A stretch of DNA of 64,000 bases, from the NCBI GenBank assembly GCA_051313645.2, contig JBNRSN020000009.1, forward strand, positions 98,890,001 through 98,954,000, written 5' to 3'. The notes under the pieces are model-generated. The model saw only the letters and a program-made list of their open reading frames with translations. It made no database searches and was not told the DNA's origin. Source of the DNA: Centroscyllium fabricii. Lineage: Eukaryota. This document shows, in pieces, positions 12,464-24,598 of the stretch (its first letter is position 1; every line of letters begins with the position of its first letter). The position numbers and the translations under genes are program-made.

Positions 12464-13340
12464 TATACTACAAAATCTATGACAGGACTCACATTTTTGT
12501 ATAATAATACAAAATGAAGAACATGCCACACTAGTCCACATCAGTGGGTCATGTTATTTAACTTAAACAAGATGGCTTCTGACTGTCCTCCAGCATGTCT
12601 AAACACATTGGGCTCGATTTTGCCAGGCCCAAGGAGCTGGGATTGGAGGCATGTGAGATGGTAAAATCGCAAAAAATGGTGGGCGGGCCTGATCCCACCT
12701 CCATTCCACCTCCGAGCAATTTTCCCAAGTGTGAGTTTTCTGAACCCATTTCCATCACACCTCCAAGAGGCGGGATAGGCCCTTAAGGCCCTTAACAACC
12801 ACTTAATTGCCTCTATAATCCCATTTTGAGAGGCCTTTCTGATTTTACCACTTTTCCCACGTCCTGCAAGTCTCCTCTGGAACACGCCAGTGAATCATGG
12901 TGGCCTCACAAGTGGACTGCTTACTAACAGCTGCAGCTCCACCATTAAAAAGGAGTTTTCAGCAATCATCATTTGCAGGTGGCAGAACTTTGTTGTCTCA
13001 GGTCTGGGGGAACTTTTAGGAGGCATACCCATTGTTGTTGAAGTTTGGAGCCTGACACCCATCTCCAGTGTGATCTCCTGGGAAACCCCTCTCACCACCT
13101 TGACTGAGCGCATCCTCAACTGAGGGATATACCAGAAGCATGGGAGCCATTTATTTAATTTCCTCCCGGACATCAGATTCGGATGAAGACCAGCCACGGC
13201 AGCAGCAGAACCATGAAGAACAGCACCACCAACAGCAGCAGCAACAACTGGAGCACCAAGCTGCTGCTCACCCACCTGAAGCTGCACAGGCCAGAAGGCG
13301 TCAGCGTGCGACCACATTGCTGCCCAGGATGCAAGGGAAT

Positions 13341-15993
13341 TAGAAACATAAACATAGAAGATAGGAGCAGGAGTAGGCCATTCGGCCCTTCGAGCCTGCT
13401 CCGCCATTCAATGAGATCATGGCTAATCATCCAAACCCAGTACCCTGTCCCTGCATTTTCCCAAATCTCTCGATCCCTATCGAGCCTGCACCGACACATA
13501 TCCCACCCTATTCCCGTAACCCCACATATTCAATCCCCCCTAACACTAAGGGTCAATTTATCATGGCCAATCAACCTAACCCGCACATCTTTGGACTGTG
13601 GGAGGAAACCGGAGCACCCAGAAGAAACCCACGCAGACACGGGGAGAATGTGTTAAGGATAATTTTCCAGAATTCGATAGACTCGGGAACAGTGCCCATG
13701 GATTGGAGGGTAGCTAACGTTACCCCACTATTTAAAAAGGGGGGTTGGGAAAAAGCGGGCAATTACAGACCTGTAAGCCTTACATCGGTGGTGGGCAAAA
13801 TACTAGAGTCCATCATTAAGGATGTAATAGCAGAGCACTTGGCAAATGGGGACAGGATAGGACAGAGTCAACATGGATTTACAAAAGGTAAATCGTGCTT
13901 GACGAATCTATTGGAATTCTTTGAGGAAGTAACTGGTAAAATAGATGGGGGAGAGCCAGTAGGTGTGGTGTACCTGGACTTCCAAAAAGCCTTCGATAAG
14001 GTCCCACATAAAAGATTAGCATGTAAAATCAAGGCTCATGGGATAAGGGGAAAAGTATTGACGTGGATAGAGAACTGGCTGGCAGATAGAAAACAGAGAG
14101 TTGGAATAAACGGCTCATTTTCTGAATGGCAGGCAGTAACAAGTGGGGTCCTCAGGGATCTGTCCTGGGTCCCCAGCTGTTCACAATTTATATTAATGAC
14201 CTAGATCAGGGAATCGGATGCAGCATCTCCAAATTCGCAGACGACACTAAACTAGGAGGGGGGGTAGGCTCAGAGGAGGGGATCAGGAAGCTCCAGAGCG
14301 ATTTGGACAAATTGGGGGACTGGGCAGATACATGGCAAATGCACTATAATGTGGATAAGTGTGAAGTTATCCACCTTGGGGGCAAAAACGGGAGGGCAAA
14401 TTATTATTTAAATGGCAATAGATTGGGAGATGGGGAAGTACAGAGAAACCTGGGTGTTCTTGTGCACCAGTCATTGAAGGCGAGCATGCAGGTGCAACAG
14501 GCGGTCAGGAAGGCAAATGGTATGCTGGCCTTCATATCAAAAGGGTTAGAATACAGGAACAAGGACACCTTACTACAGCTGTACAGGGCACTGGTGAGAC
14601 CACACCTCGAGTACTGTGTGCAGTTTTGGTCGCCTCATCTGAGGAAGGATGTTCTTGCCATGGAAGGAGTGCAGCGGCGATTCACCAGGCTGATACCAGG
14701 AATGGCAGGAATGACCTATGAGGAGAGACTATGTAGTTTGGGGATGTACACACTGGAGTTTAGAAGATTGAGAGGGGATCTCATAGAAACATATAAAATT
14801 CTGACAGGCCTGGACAGACTAGATGCAGAAGGAATGTTTCCGATGGCAGGAGAGTACAGAACTAGGGGACACAGTTTAAGTGAGAGGCGATCTTATTGAA
14901 ACGTATAAGATCGTGAGGGGCCTTGATCGGGTGGATGCACCAAGGATGTTTCCAATGATCGGGGAGACCAGAACTAGGGGGCATAGTCTTAGAATAAGGG
15001 GGGGCTCTTTTAAAACTGAGATGAGGAGAAACTTCTTCACCCAGAGGGTGGTTAATCTATGGAATTCACTGCCCCAGGGAGCTGTGGAAGCGGGAACATT
15101 AAATAAATTTAAAACCGAAATAGACTGTTTTTTAGCTGACAAGGGAATTAAGGGTTACGGGGAGCGGGCAGGGAAGTGGACCTGAGTTATGGTTAGTATA
15201 GTAAGACCTGAGTGATCTCCTGGACAAGTTTCGATCGCCTGGATTGGGGTCGGAGAGGAATTTCCCGGATTTATTTTCCCAAATTGGACCTGGGTTTTTA
15301 TCCGGTTTTTCGCCTCTCCCAGGAGATCACACGGTTCTTTGGGTGGGAGAAGGGTGATAGTGGTACGAAGGTTAGGGTAGGATCAGCAACGATCTTGATG
15401 GGGAGGGGGCGGGATCGGGGGGCCGATGGCCTACTCCTGCTCCTATTTCTGGGGTTCTAGTGTTCTTGTGTTCCTGTGTTCTTGTGTCTTCTGTTCTTGT
15501 GCTATTGTGTTGTGTTCTTGTGTTCAGCCATGAACGTATTGAATGGCGGTGCAGGCTCGACGGACCGAATGGTCTACTCCTGCACCTATTATCTATGTAT
15601 CTATGTATCTATGATAAGGGCTAAACCATTTAGGACAGAGATGAGGAGGAATTTCTTCACCCAGAGAGTGGTGAACCTGTGGAACTCACTACCACAGAGG
15701 GCAGTGGACGCCAGCTCATTGAATATATTTAAGAGGGAATTAGATATATTTCTGCAGGCAAAAGGGGTTAAAGGTTACGGAGAGAAGGCAGGGACGGGAT
15801 ACTGAACTGAAGGATCAGCCATGATCTCATTGAATGGCGGAGCAGGCTCGAAGGGCCGAATGGCCTACTCCTGCTCCTATCATCTATCATCTATGCAATG
15901 TGCAAACTCCAGACAGATATACCCGAGGCTGGATTTGACCCTGGGTCTCTAGTGCTGTGAGGCAACAGTGCTAACCACTATGCCACCGTGCCA
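13341..15993 (-). mobile_element. V-SINE (HE1-like), split by a CR1 insertion
   Basis: tRNA-like head at ~15925-15993, V-domain (tgtgggaggaaaccggagcaccc on +) at 13560-13650, and CR1-type tail at 13341-13425. Confidence 0.8.
13653..15896 (+). mobile_element. 5'-truncated CR1 LINE carrying two further CR1 3' ends (14880-15613)
   Basis: RT ORFs 13419..14204 and 14126..14899 (one frameshift), resuming at 15614 (IRAKPFRTEMRRNFF). TSD AATGTG at 13647-13652 and 15897-15902. Confidence 0.9.
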
Positions 15994-18557
15994 CACTCAT
16001 CTTGGCCAGATTTGTTTACTCTGCACAATCAAACACTTTTGCCTCGCACTTTCTTATCAGATCACCGACAATGGCCAAGAACCTACGGATTCGTATCACT
16101 CTAACCACCATACTGACAATTGCAAGTCGCCCTAAGCCCTCAATGTGGAAGTCCCATTAGCAAAATGACACACGCCCCACTGCAACAGTTTGCCATCAGA
16201 TTTTTTATGACAATAAGCAACTGATGGCTTTTGAAAATTAAACACAACATTACATCCAAGTGACTATGCTTAAGACTACTTGTGCATTATCTTCCTCTTA
16301 CACGTGCTCCTACGTGGTGCTTCCCCTGTGGCTTCAGCAGGTGTGGCGACCCCTTGATCACTTTCTTGCTGCTCCTGTCTCGACACCTTTAGCGGGCGTC
16401 CTCTGGGGTGGCGAACCTGCGAGGGCTCGGAAGCAGTCTGCTGCTCAGCGGCTGTGCAGCGATTGAGATGCCGATCTCAATTGGGTGGGGACTCTGGTGG
16501 GGCTCTGACTGAGGGCTCTGCAGTGGCATGGTCATGTGAGTGCTTGGAGAGGAGCCCCCTTGCTCCTGGACAGTGGGGACAGGGGCTCTGACTGGTCCTG
16601 TGGGGGAGTAAAGAAAAGAGTTAGAAATATGAGGTAAAGGTTACATGCACATTGAATTGGCAGATGATCATAAGTCAATCTGTTGGAGCATCAGAATCAT
16701 TATCAGTGACTCATGCAATGTCAGTGAGAGAGATGCCAAACTATTTTGTCACCAGCTTGCTGTAATGTGCCCGTCTGTCCGTCCCCCACTTGGGAATCCT
16801 CCTGAATTCCAGCAATTTCCAGGGCCGCTTCCTCCAAGGTGGTGAGCTGGGTTACTGAGGGTGGCCCTCCTCCTGCCCTCACTCTTTCACTCTTATTGTG
16901 GGCTCTCTTTTCCTGCAATAAGGGACAAAAGTGGAGTTTGAGTGAGAATGAAGTAGTGAGTGTAGAGAATCCATACCATAGATGCTTAAAAGGAGACAAA
17001 GGGCCCTCCCTGTGTGTTGTAAGTTGTCATTGCATCACAGTGATAGAGAGTGTGAGGGCTGCATGGTAGAATAGTTAAGTGAATGTGACCATAGGGAGAG
17101 AGGGAATGGGTAAGGGTGCAGGGATGTAAGTGTCAAGTGGGATATGGAGGAAGAGGTTGGCAAAGCAGAGTGCTGGTGAAGAGAGGCAATGGGGATCAGA
17201 TTAAGGGTGATGGGAAAGTCATACTCACTTTTCCTGTACGGGGAAAGTCATGAAACCTCTTCCTGCATTGCACCCAGGATCTGCGGCTCATTGATAGAAG
17301 TTGACCTCCTTGGCAACTTGCAGCCACACAGCTTTAGTCAGCTGGTGTGGCTGTTTTCTCCCTGATGAAGGGAACAGCACCTCCCTATTAGATCTTGCTC
17401 CCTGCACCAGAGCTTGGAGGGAGGGCTCATCAAAGTGAGGTGCATACTTTTGCTTGCTGGTGGACATGGTCGGTAAATGAAGTCCTTCATACAATGTCCA
17501 AAGCGTTTCCAGTCTCCAGAAGAAACAAGGCTGATTGCAGGCCTTAAATCCAGCAGCACTGATGACATCATCGGAGGTGACTTTCTGGATGGAAAGACTA
17601 ATTGGGTCAGGGGTTCCCACACGCTGGAAATCAATTGCCTAATTAGGGGGAAATCGCAATTTTTCAACACTTCACTTCGGATTCGGGGTCCTGACACGAA
17701 TCCCACCTGACATGCCCCAGTCCGCCCACATTGGCAGAATCGAGCCCTTTATTTAGCAAAACACCTCACAGCTTTCTTGTTAACAAACCTGATTGCACTT
17801 GCAGTCTTCCTATTTCAGGCTTTCTTTTTCTATCTTCCTCTGTTCACAGACAGACAGGGTACAAAAGACTTTCCAACACAATGGGTGTGAGGTGTTTTTT
17901 TGATTACTTTGACAAGCTAACATATTGTTCTTTGTTTAGCATCTGGGGGAAGGAAAGAAGTTCCATTTAGCATATTAACCACATTTTATCTAGGTGCATC
18001 ATGAGTGCACTTTCCTTAAAAAGCCCAACATTAAAAGTAATTCTTTTTCAAAAATCCTTTCTTTGGAAAAATAGTCAAAAGAGTTCTGAATTTGTGATGG
18101 TAAGTAGCAGCATCATGCAGCTCGGTTGTGTTACAATTGCTTGATTTGTGATGCACTTGAAAGTTGCACATGGATAGCTTTCAATTATATCTTGCATCTC
18201 GAAAGTGTGCCCTTCTGAGGCATGGGTATACATGAGATACAATGAAAGAGCTGTATGTTTGTGTGAGGGCTTAGCATGGGTGAACAGTAAACACCCATGT
18301 AAACAGTAAACTGGTTGATAATCAACACTTTATGATGGGTAACATTTTGTGGCATGCAATCCTCAGCTGGTTACCTGACACTGCCAGATACCTTGTCCGA
18401 TTTTTTGAAGAGTGCCATCTGCTTCTGCATGTGTTCACAGCTCCTGCATGTAGTTTACTCAGTGTTGAGCTTGGTCACCTCTTGCTGTAAGGAATGGTAT
18501 GCCGCTGTCCTCAGGGGGAGTCCTGTAAGGGGCCAAGCCAAACAATTGTCCTTGCAC

Positions 18558-18775
18558 GATAGCAAAATACTGCGGATGCTGGAAATCTGAAATAACAACA
18601 GAAAACGCTGGAGAAACTCAGCAGGCCAGGCAGCATCGGTGGAGAGAGAAACAGAGTTAATGTTTCAGGTCGATGACCTTTCTTCAATCGACTTGAAACG
18701 TCAACTCTGTTTCTCTCTCTCCACCGATGCTGCCTGGCCTGCTGAGTTTCTCCAGCGTTTCCTGTTGTTATTTCA
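18558..18775. mobile_element. Penelope-derived inverted pLTR pair (foldback)
   Basis: About 90-bp inverted arms (18588-18675 / 18687-18775) matching the pLTR at 1690-1800. Flanking duplication ATTGTCCTTGCAC at 18545-18557 and 18776-18788. Confidence 0.8.
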
Positions 18776-20254
18776 ATTGTCCTTGCACCCTCCTCATACA
18801 GAAGCACAGAATCTATTACATGGCCTCCACATTGGGTTTCCTTTCATTTCAGTTTTGACTGGCACTTGCTCCCCACTCAGCCCTAACCAAAGCCGACAAA
18901 TATTTAAAACAAATTTTGAAGCTTTATAGAGGCTCAGCAATATTTTCCCCCACGTGTATAGCCACTGGCCTTTATGTGCATACATCTCTTTGAATTTGAG
19001 CTACTGGCTGGATTTTGTACATATCCCATTAGGCTAGCTCCTTGTACAAAGTGGAAATTTAACAGAATAATTATTCAAATGAGCTAACCCTGTAAAATCA
19101 CAGACAATCAGATCACTATGCTTTTGACTGAAATTGGTTTTGTAAGTCAGCACAGTTGGTTAGAAAGCTACCCTTTTACCTTGAGTTAAAGCTAGCCCTG
19201 CACAAACTGGTAATGTATAAAGCTTCTCCTCTGTCAGCTGCTGAGGCTCCAATGTCAAATAAACTTACGTCAACCTTAATCCTGTTCCAAATAGATATGA
19301 GTCCAGAGCGCAAAACATTTCAGAATTGGAGACCAACTGGTCAATCTCAAACACAATGAAAGGCCATGAAGAGGTTTGTTATGTAAAATTGAAATGTCAG
19401 AACAATGCAATGAAGGAGACTCTTCTCAGATTGCAGTTAAAATAAAATAGACAATTTGCTTTGCCTCAATGCTGAAATAACAGCTCTGTTATGGTGGGGC
19501 TGGGGTGATGGGCAAGGGGAGAGAGCGGTCTCTTAATACAACAATTGTGTTGTGCTCCAAATTATTTTCTAATTTGGGCTTTGTTTCGCAGAAAATAATT
19601 TCAGCTGAGTATCATCACCAAGCAGCATCCAAAAGCAAAAATGAAAGGCCTGTCTTATTTTGCCTTCAGTTTTTTCCAAGGTTCTATTTTTTCTTTTAGA
19701 GAAAATCTCTAATTCAGTAAATTTTGCCTGGTGCTAACACATTGCAAGCAATAAAAATTAAATCAGAATCAGAAAAGAGTGGTTGAAGGGTTCCATATTG
19801 TCTATGTGAATAAAGGAGCAGAGTCGACTAAAATACAGGTATCCATTGACACATGTAGTTTGGCCCCGTATATTTTCCTGATGTTTCTCTGGCACACATT
19901 GTTTTAGAGATTTTCCATAAATTGCATATCTACATTGTGAATTGTAGGTGCACTGAAAGTGAATCACTAGTTAGTACCAATTTCTCAGTAGCTGTGAAGT
20001 TGTTGCTATGTTCAATTTTCCCAGTGTTTATTTTTCTGAAAGTCCTGCTCATAATGCTGCCAGCATTATCCAGTTTGTTGGGTTTTGTATTGACCAAGTT
20101 ATATTTGTATTGGTCATTTAAGTGGATTGCTGGCTATTTTCCTGTAACCCAGGATGATCAAGAGTAAATGTTATATATTTTCACAATAGCTCTGGGTTTT
20201 GAATCTGATTTTTTAAATATCCAAACACTCTGAAAGTTTCTATATGTATATATT

Positions 20255-20400
20255 TTTTGTTTGTTTGTTCTCAGAATGTGGGTGGTACTGGCAAGGTTGC
20301 ATTTATTGCCCATCCCTAGTTGCCCTGATAAGGCTTTTTTCTTGAACCGATGCAGACCTTGTGCTGATGGTGTTCCCATTTTGTTATTGGGAGGGAGTTC
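20255..20400 (-). mobile_element. RTE-X-like LINE 3' tail fragment
   Basis: Similar to 560-710 (gcatttattgcccatccctagttgccct). Confidence 0.7.
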
Positions 20401-20680
20401 TGCTCTCTCAGGTGGATGTAAAAGATTCCATGGCACTATTTCGAAGAAGAGCAAGTGAGTTATCCCCGGTGTCCTGGCCAATGTTTATCCCTCAATCAAT
20501 ATCACCAAAAAAAAAGATCATCTGGTCATTATGACATTGTGGGAGCTTGCTGTGCGCAGATTGGTTGCACGTTTCCTACATTACAACAGTGACTACACTT
20601 CAAAAGTATTTTGTTGGTTATAAAGTGCTTTGAGGCTTCCTGAGGTCATGAAAGGTGCTATATAAATGCAAGTGTTTTAT
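20400..20680 (+). mobile_element. Deu-domain SINE fragment (SacSINE1/AmnSINE1-like)
   Basis: caggtggatgtaaaagattccatggcactatttcgaagaagag...gtcctggccaat...tgggagcttgctgtgcgc..., ending aaaggtgctatataaatgcaagt. Confidence 0.75.
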
Positions 20681-20689
20681 TTTAAGCAA

Positions 20690-21135
20690 CTGAAGGCACA
20701 GCTGCCAATGATGGGGCAAATGGAAGGGGTGGGCGGGTGATGCACAAAAGGCCAAAGTCAGAGGAACGGAGAATTTGGGGGATGTGGTAGGGCTGGAGGA
20801 GCTTCCAAAAATAGGACAAGGAAAGGCCATTAAAGGATTTAAACGCAAGAATGATTTTTTTTCTTAATTTGAGGCTTTGGGGGACTGGGAGCCAATGTAG
20901 GTCAGCGAGCACAGGTCTGGTAGGTGAGGTAGAACTGGTGTGGGATCAGATATGATAGGATATGATAGGCATAGTTTTTGATGAGCTGAATTTTACATAC
21001 AGAGAATGGAGGATGGGAGGCCAGCCAGGAGAGCATTTAGCGAGTTGAGGCTGGAGATAACAAAGGCATGGGTGAGGGTTTCAGCAGCAGATGGGCTGGG
21101 ATAGGGGCGGCGGCAGGTAATATCACAGAGGTGTA
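20690..21135 (-). mobile_element. L2-type LINE ORF2 C-terminal remnant
   Basis: LADLHWLPV...ILAFKS motif typical of L2. Confidence 0.65.
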
Positions 21136-23618
21136 ATGCAGAGTATATAAGGGTTTCTGTTCACTTGGGCTGTGAAAAAACAGATTCAATACTTTTCCAA
21201 CATAGGGAAGATTTCCTCTGAGCAATAAATGTGGAAAAAATGTAAATGCATTCTTTATAAACACATTTACGATTCAGTACAAATAGCACACAGAGGAAAT
21301 CTTTTCACCAGAAAATTTGATTATGACTTCTGATTTTTCCAAATAGTCATGCACATTGAAAATGTTTTACAGTAGGGAAGAGCTTGAAACCAAGAATATC
21401 ACTCTGCCCTGATAATGTATCAATAATTAAAGAGAATCTGAAGGCCTTTACTAATCAAAACAGATTAATGCTCATTTTGTGCTAAGATTGTATGTACCTC
21501 TGCAACTATCAAACCCCAAGGGTCTCAGAAAAAACCTCTGCCAAGATGGAAAAACATTTTAAACAATTTTCATTTTTTTGTAAAGAAATATGCACCAAGG
21601 CAATTCAATCTAAAATATTAGACTGGTCCTACTGGAGTGGTAAAGCTATTTAATGATAGTCTCTATTGGAGATATGTATTGAATTATGGGCATAAACTCA
21701 CAAACAACAGAAATGTGAGAAATTAGGTTTATTTGAAGGTGGCTGCCTATACACAACCCTTAACCTAGCAAGCCTTTTTATACCAATAGATCCCACACTC
21801 TTATTGACAGGGACAAACTATCCTTTGCTGGTGAGTGAACAGTGATAAAAATTGGATTTCTTTCTTTGCCCAATTTATATTATTAAAGGTTAGATCTGGC
21901 ATTAAGTGTGTATCAGTCATCCACTGTTAGAACATTTTGACACTTTCAATGCATTCTACACTTTATTCTGTCATACACTGTTGTGTTGTAAAATTTCTGA
22001 TTATTTCAATGCTTAAATTCATTGGCCTAGAAATTGCAGTAGGCCAAAATCCTGCCGATGCTACCGTGGGACGAAGTTAACGGCTGCCCGAAATAATAGT
22101 GCAGGCAGCACTGGATTTTGGTGCTGCCTGCTAAATAAATTAGCGCAAGGCTAAATCTACCATGCAAGACTGATTTTCCGATGCTGCTCTCAGCAGGAGT
22201 CCCAATGTAGCATGGCCGAAGCAAGAGCAACGTCATCCTAAAGCAAGACTGTCATTTTAGAAAGCAGTGTCTAAAATTAAGAAAATAAAAATCATTTTAA
22301 AATAGGCAGTTTTTAGCCCTTAGAGTTCAACTGCTTTCTGAAATTTGAAAAAAATAATTCCCAAATTGCAGTCTTCAGCTCTTAAAGCTGAACTGCCATC
22401 CGCACCTAGATAAAAGTAAAAGTGTTTCTGCACTAACGCAAATTGCCCACCAAGCCTGGGCGGGGTACCCAGGGTCTTGCAGGCAGCACTCCAGATTTGT
22501 GCAGGGGGTCAACACTACAAGAGAGATCCTTTGCCAGAAAGAAGGATGTGTGACCACATCACCAAGGCCATTACTGCCAGCAGTGTCAGTCCCACGACCT
22601 GGCTCCAGGGCCCAAAGAAGCTTCATGACCTCAAACCAGTAGTCAAGGTCAGTGAATGCATCTTCAAAAGCCATCTCCTACCAATTACACCACTAACCTC
22701 ACATGCTGCTCATAGCACGGCTGCCCCCACCACCCCCATCATTCACCAACCAACAATCTGCACCAAACACAAGGCAGACCTCCCATTCATAGCTTCACCT
22801 CACCCCCTTGGAGGAGATGGTGCTGGCTATTCTTGGTAGGGACAAGGCTGAGCTCTTGGCCAGCAGTGGGGCTGAAAGGATACAAGATGCTGGTATCCTC
22901 ATATGTTATCCTCCTTCTCACATCCTACTTCACCCTCATACCACAATATCTTCTGATTTACATGGTGTGCTGGTGTAAACATGTGAAGGGATATTCACTA
23001 GTCCTAGCCCCTTTAGTGCTAGCCCGGATCAGGCGTATTTCTCAGACGTTCACTTTCAACTAAAGTTTGAGGTAGCTGAATCCTAAAGAGGCTTAATTGG
23101 GTCTAAATGTCTGGACTATCTCTCCATAAAGGAAAGGAACAACCTGAAAATGTTACCGTCCTCCAGACAGCACTTTTAATAAGTTTAACTAGACTGTAAC
23201 GTTTTGGATATTATGAGGGTCCAGAAAACTCCCCCAAAATTCTGCAACCCCTCACCAAAGAGTGTACAGAGATTGAGTTTGCAAGTTTGCAACAGAGGTC
23301 TTATGTGAGACAATTCTAAAAATATATAGGTTTATTAAAGAACCGACATGCAGTTTACAGTTGTTGAGTCAATCGTAACATTAACCTTATTGTGTTTTTA
23401 CAGAGCTAAAAAAAACAGAGGTCAAAAACTCGGAGGAACAAGCAACGGGCAAGGAACCAGGGAGGCCACAACTGGACTCAGGTAAGACACTCTGTTAAGG
23501 CGTAACCGGTAAGTATATCTTTAACTATATCTATATAACTGTGTATATACTTATTATAATTTAGCAGAGATACAGTAGAGACAGAGTAGTCTAAGTCTAC
23601 TAGGGATTTAGGAGAAAA

Positions 23619-24575
23619 ATGGGAGACATAGTGCAGGCCGTCGCGGTCATGTGCTCCACCTGTAGCATGTGGGAATTCAGGGACCCAACCGGGGCCCCTG
23701 ATGAACACGTATGCAGGAGATGCATCTATCTGCAGCTCTTAGCCGACCGCATAACGGTGCTAGAGCGGCAGATGGGGTCATTGTGGAGCGTGGGCAACGA
23801 CGAGCAGGTCGTGGATAGCACGTATGAGAGAGTGGTCACACCAAAGACTAAAATAGACCAGTCAGAAGAAGTATGGTTGACCACCAAGAAGAGGGCCAGA
23901 GCGAGGAAGGAAGAGCAGGGAACCCCTGGGGCCGTCCCCCTGTTCAACAAGTATACCGCTTTGGATACTGTGGGGGGGGACGACCCGCCAGGGGAGGGCG
24001 GCAGCAGCCTACCTCCAGGCACTGGGGGTGCTGGGGCTGCCCAGAAAGGGAGGGAAACTAGTGTGCCAGCAGTAGTAATAGGGGATTCAATTGTAAGGGG
24101 CACAGAGAGGCGGTTCTGCGGCCGTGGACGTGACACCAGGATGGTTATTTGCCTCCCTGGTGCCAGGGTCCGGGATGTCACGGAGCGGCTGCAGGGCATC
24201 TTGAGGGGGGCAGGGGACCAGGTAGAAGTTGTGGTCCACATTGGCACCAACGACATAGGAAAGCAGGGGGACGAGGTCCTGCAAAGTAAATTTAAAGAGC
24301 TAGGTGAGAAGCTAAAAAGCAGGACCCCAAAGGTTGTAATCTCTGGATTACTCCCAGTGCCACGAGCTAATGAGTACAGGAACCGTAAGATAGAGCAGCT
24401 TAATTCGTGGCTAAAAGATTGGTGTAGGAGGGAGGGTTTCAGCTTTTTGGATAATTGGTCTTACTTCTGTGGAAGGTGGAACCTATACACGCAGGACGGA
24501 TTGCACCTGAACCAGAGGGGGACCAATATCCTTGCGGGAAGGTTTGCTAGCCGGGTTGGGGTGGGTTTAAACTAA
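23619..24575 (+). CDS. CR1 ORF1p (zinc finger/coiled coil + SGNH esterase domain)
   Basis: CSTC...CRRC, then VIGDSI, HIGTND and DGLHL SGNH blocks. Confidence 0.92.
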   Translation: MGDIVQAVAVMCSTCSMWEFRDPTGAPDEHVCRRCIYLQLLADRITVLERQMGSLWSVGNDEQVVDSTYERVVTPKTKIDQSEEVWLTTKKRARARKEEQGTPGAVPLFNKYTALDTVGGDDPPGEGGSSLPPGTGGAGAAQKGRETSVPAVVIGDSIVRGTERRFCGRGRDTRMVICLPGARVRDVTERLQGILRGAGDQVEVVVHIGTNDIGKQGDEVLQSKFKELGEKLKSRTPKVVISGLLPVPRANEYRNRKIEQLNSWLKDWCRREGFSFLDNWSYFCGRWNLYTQDGLHLNQRGTNILAGRFASRVGVGLN

Positions 24576-24598
24576 TTTGGCAGGGGGAGGGGACCCAG

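Larger units (their letters stand above)
12610..17747. mobile_element. Defective PIF/Harbinger DNA transposon with nested SINE and CR1
   Basis: TIRs GGGCTCGATTTTGCCA / TGGCAGAATCGAGCCC. Myb/SANT-like remnant on - at 17288-17467 (APHFDEPSLQALV...WLQVAKEV) and a Q-rich transposase start on + at 13140. Confidence 0.75.

Noticed and set aside
18360-21180. Scattered minus-strand acceptor sites with short peptide-like frames
   Set aside because: The frames contain stops, no family is recognised, and I could not build a consistent exon chain.
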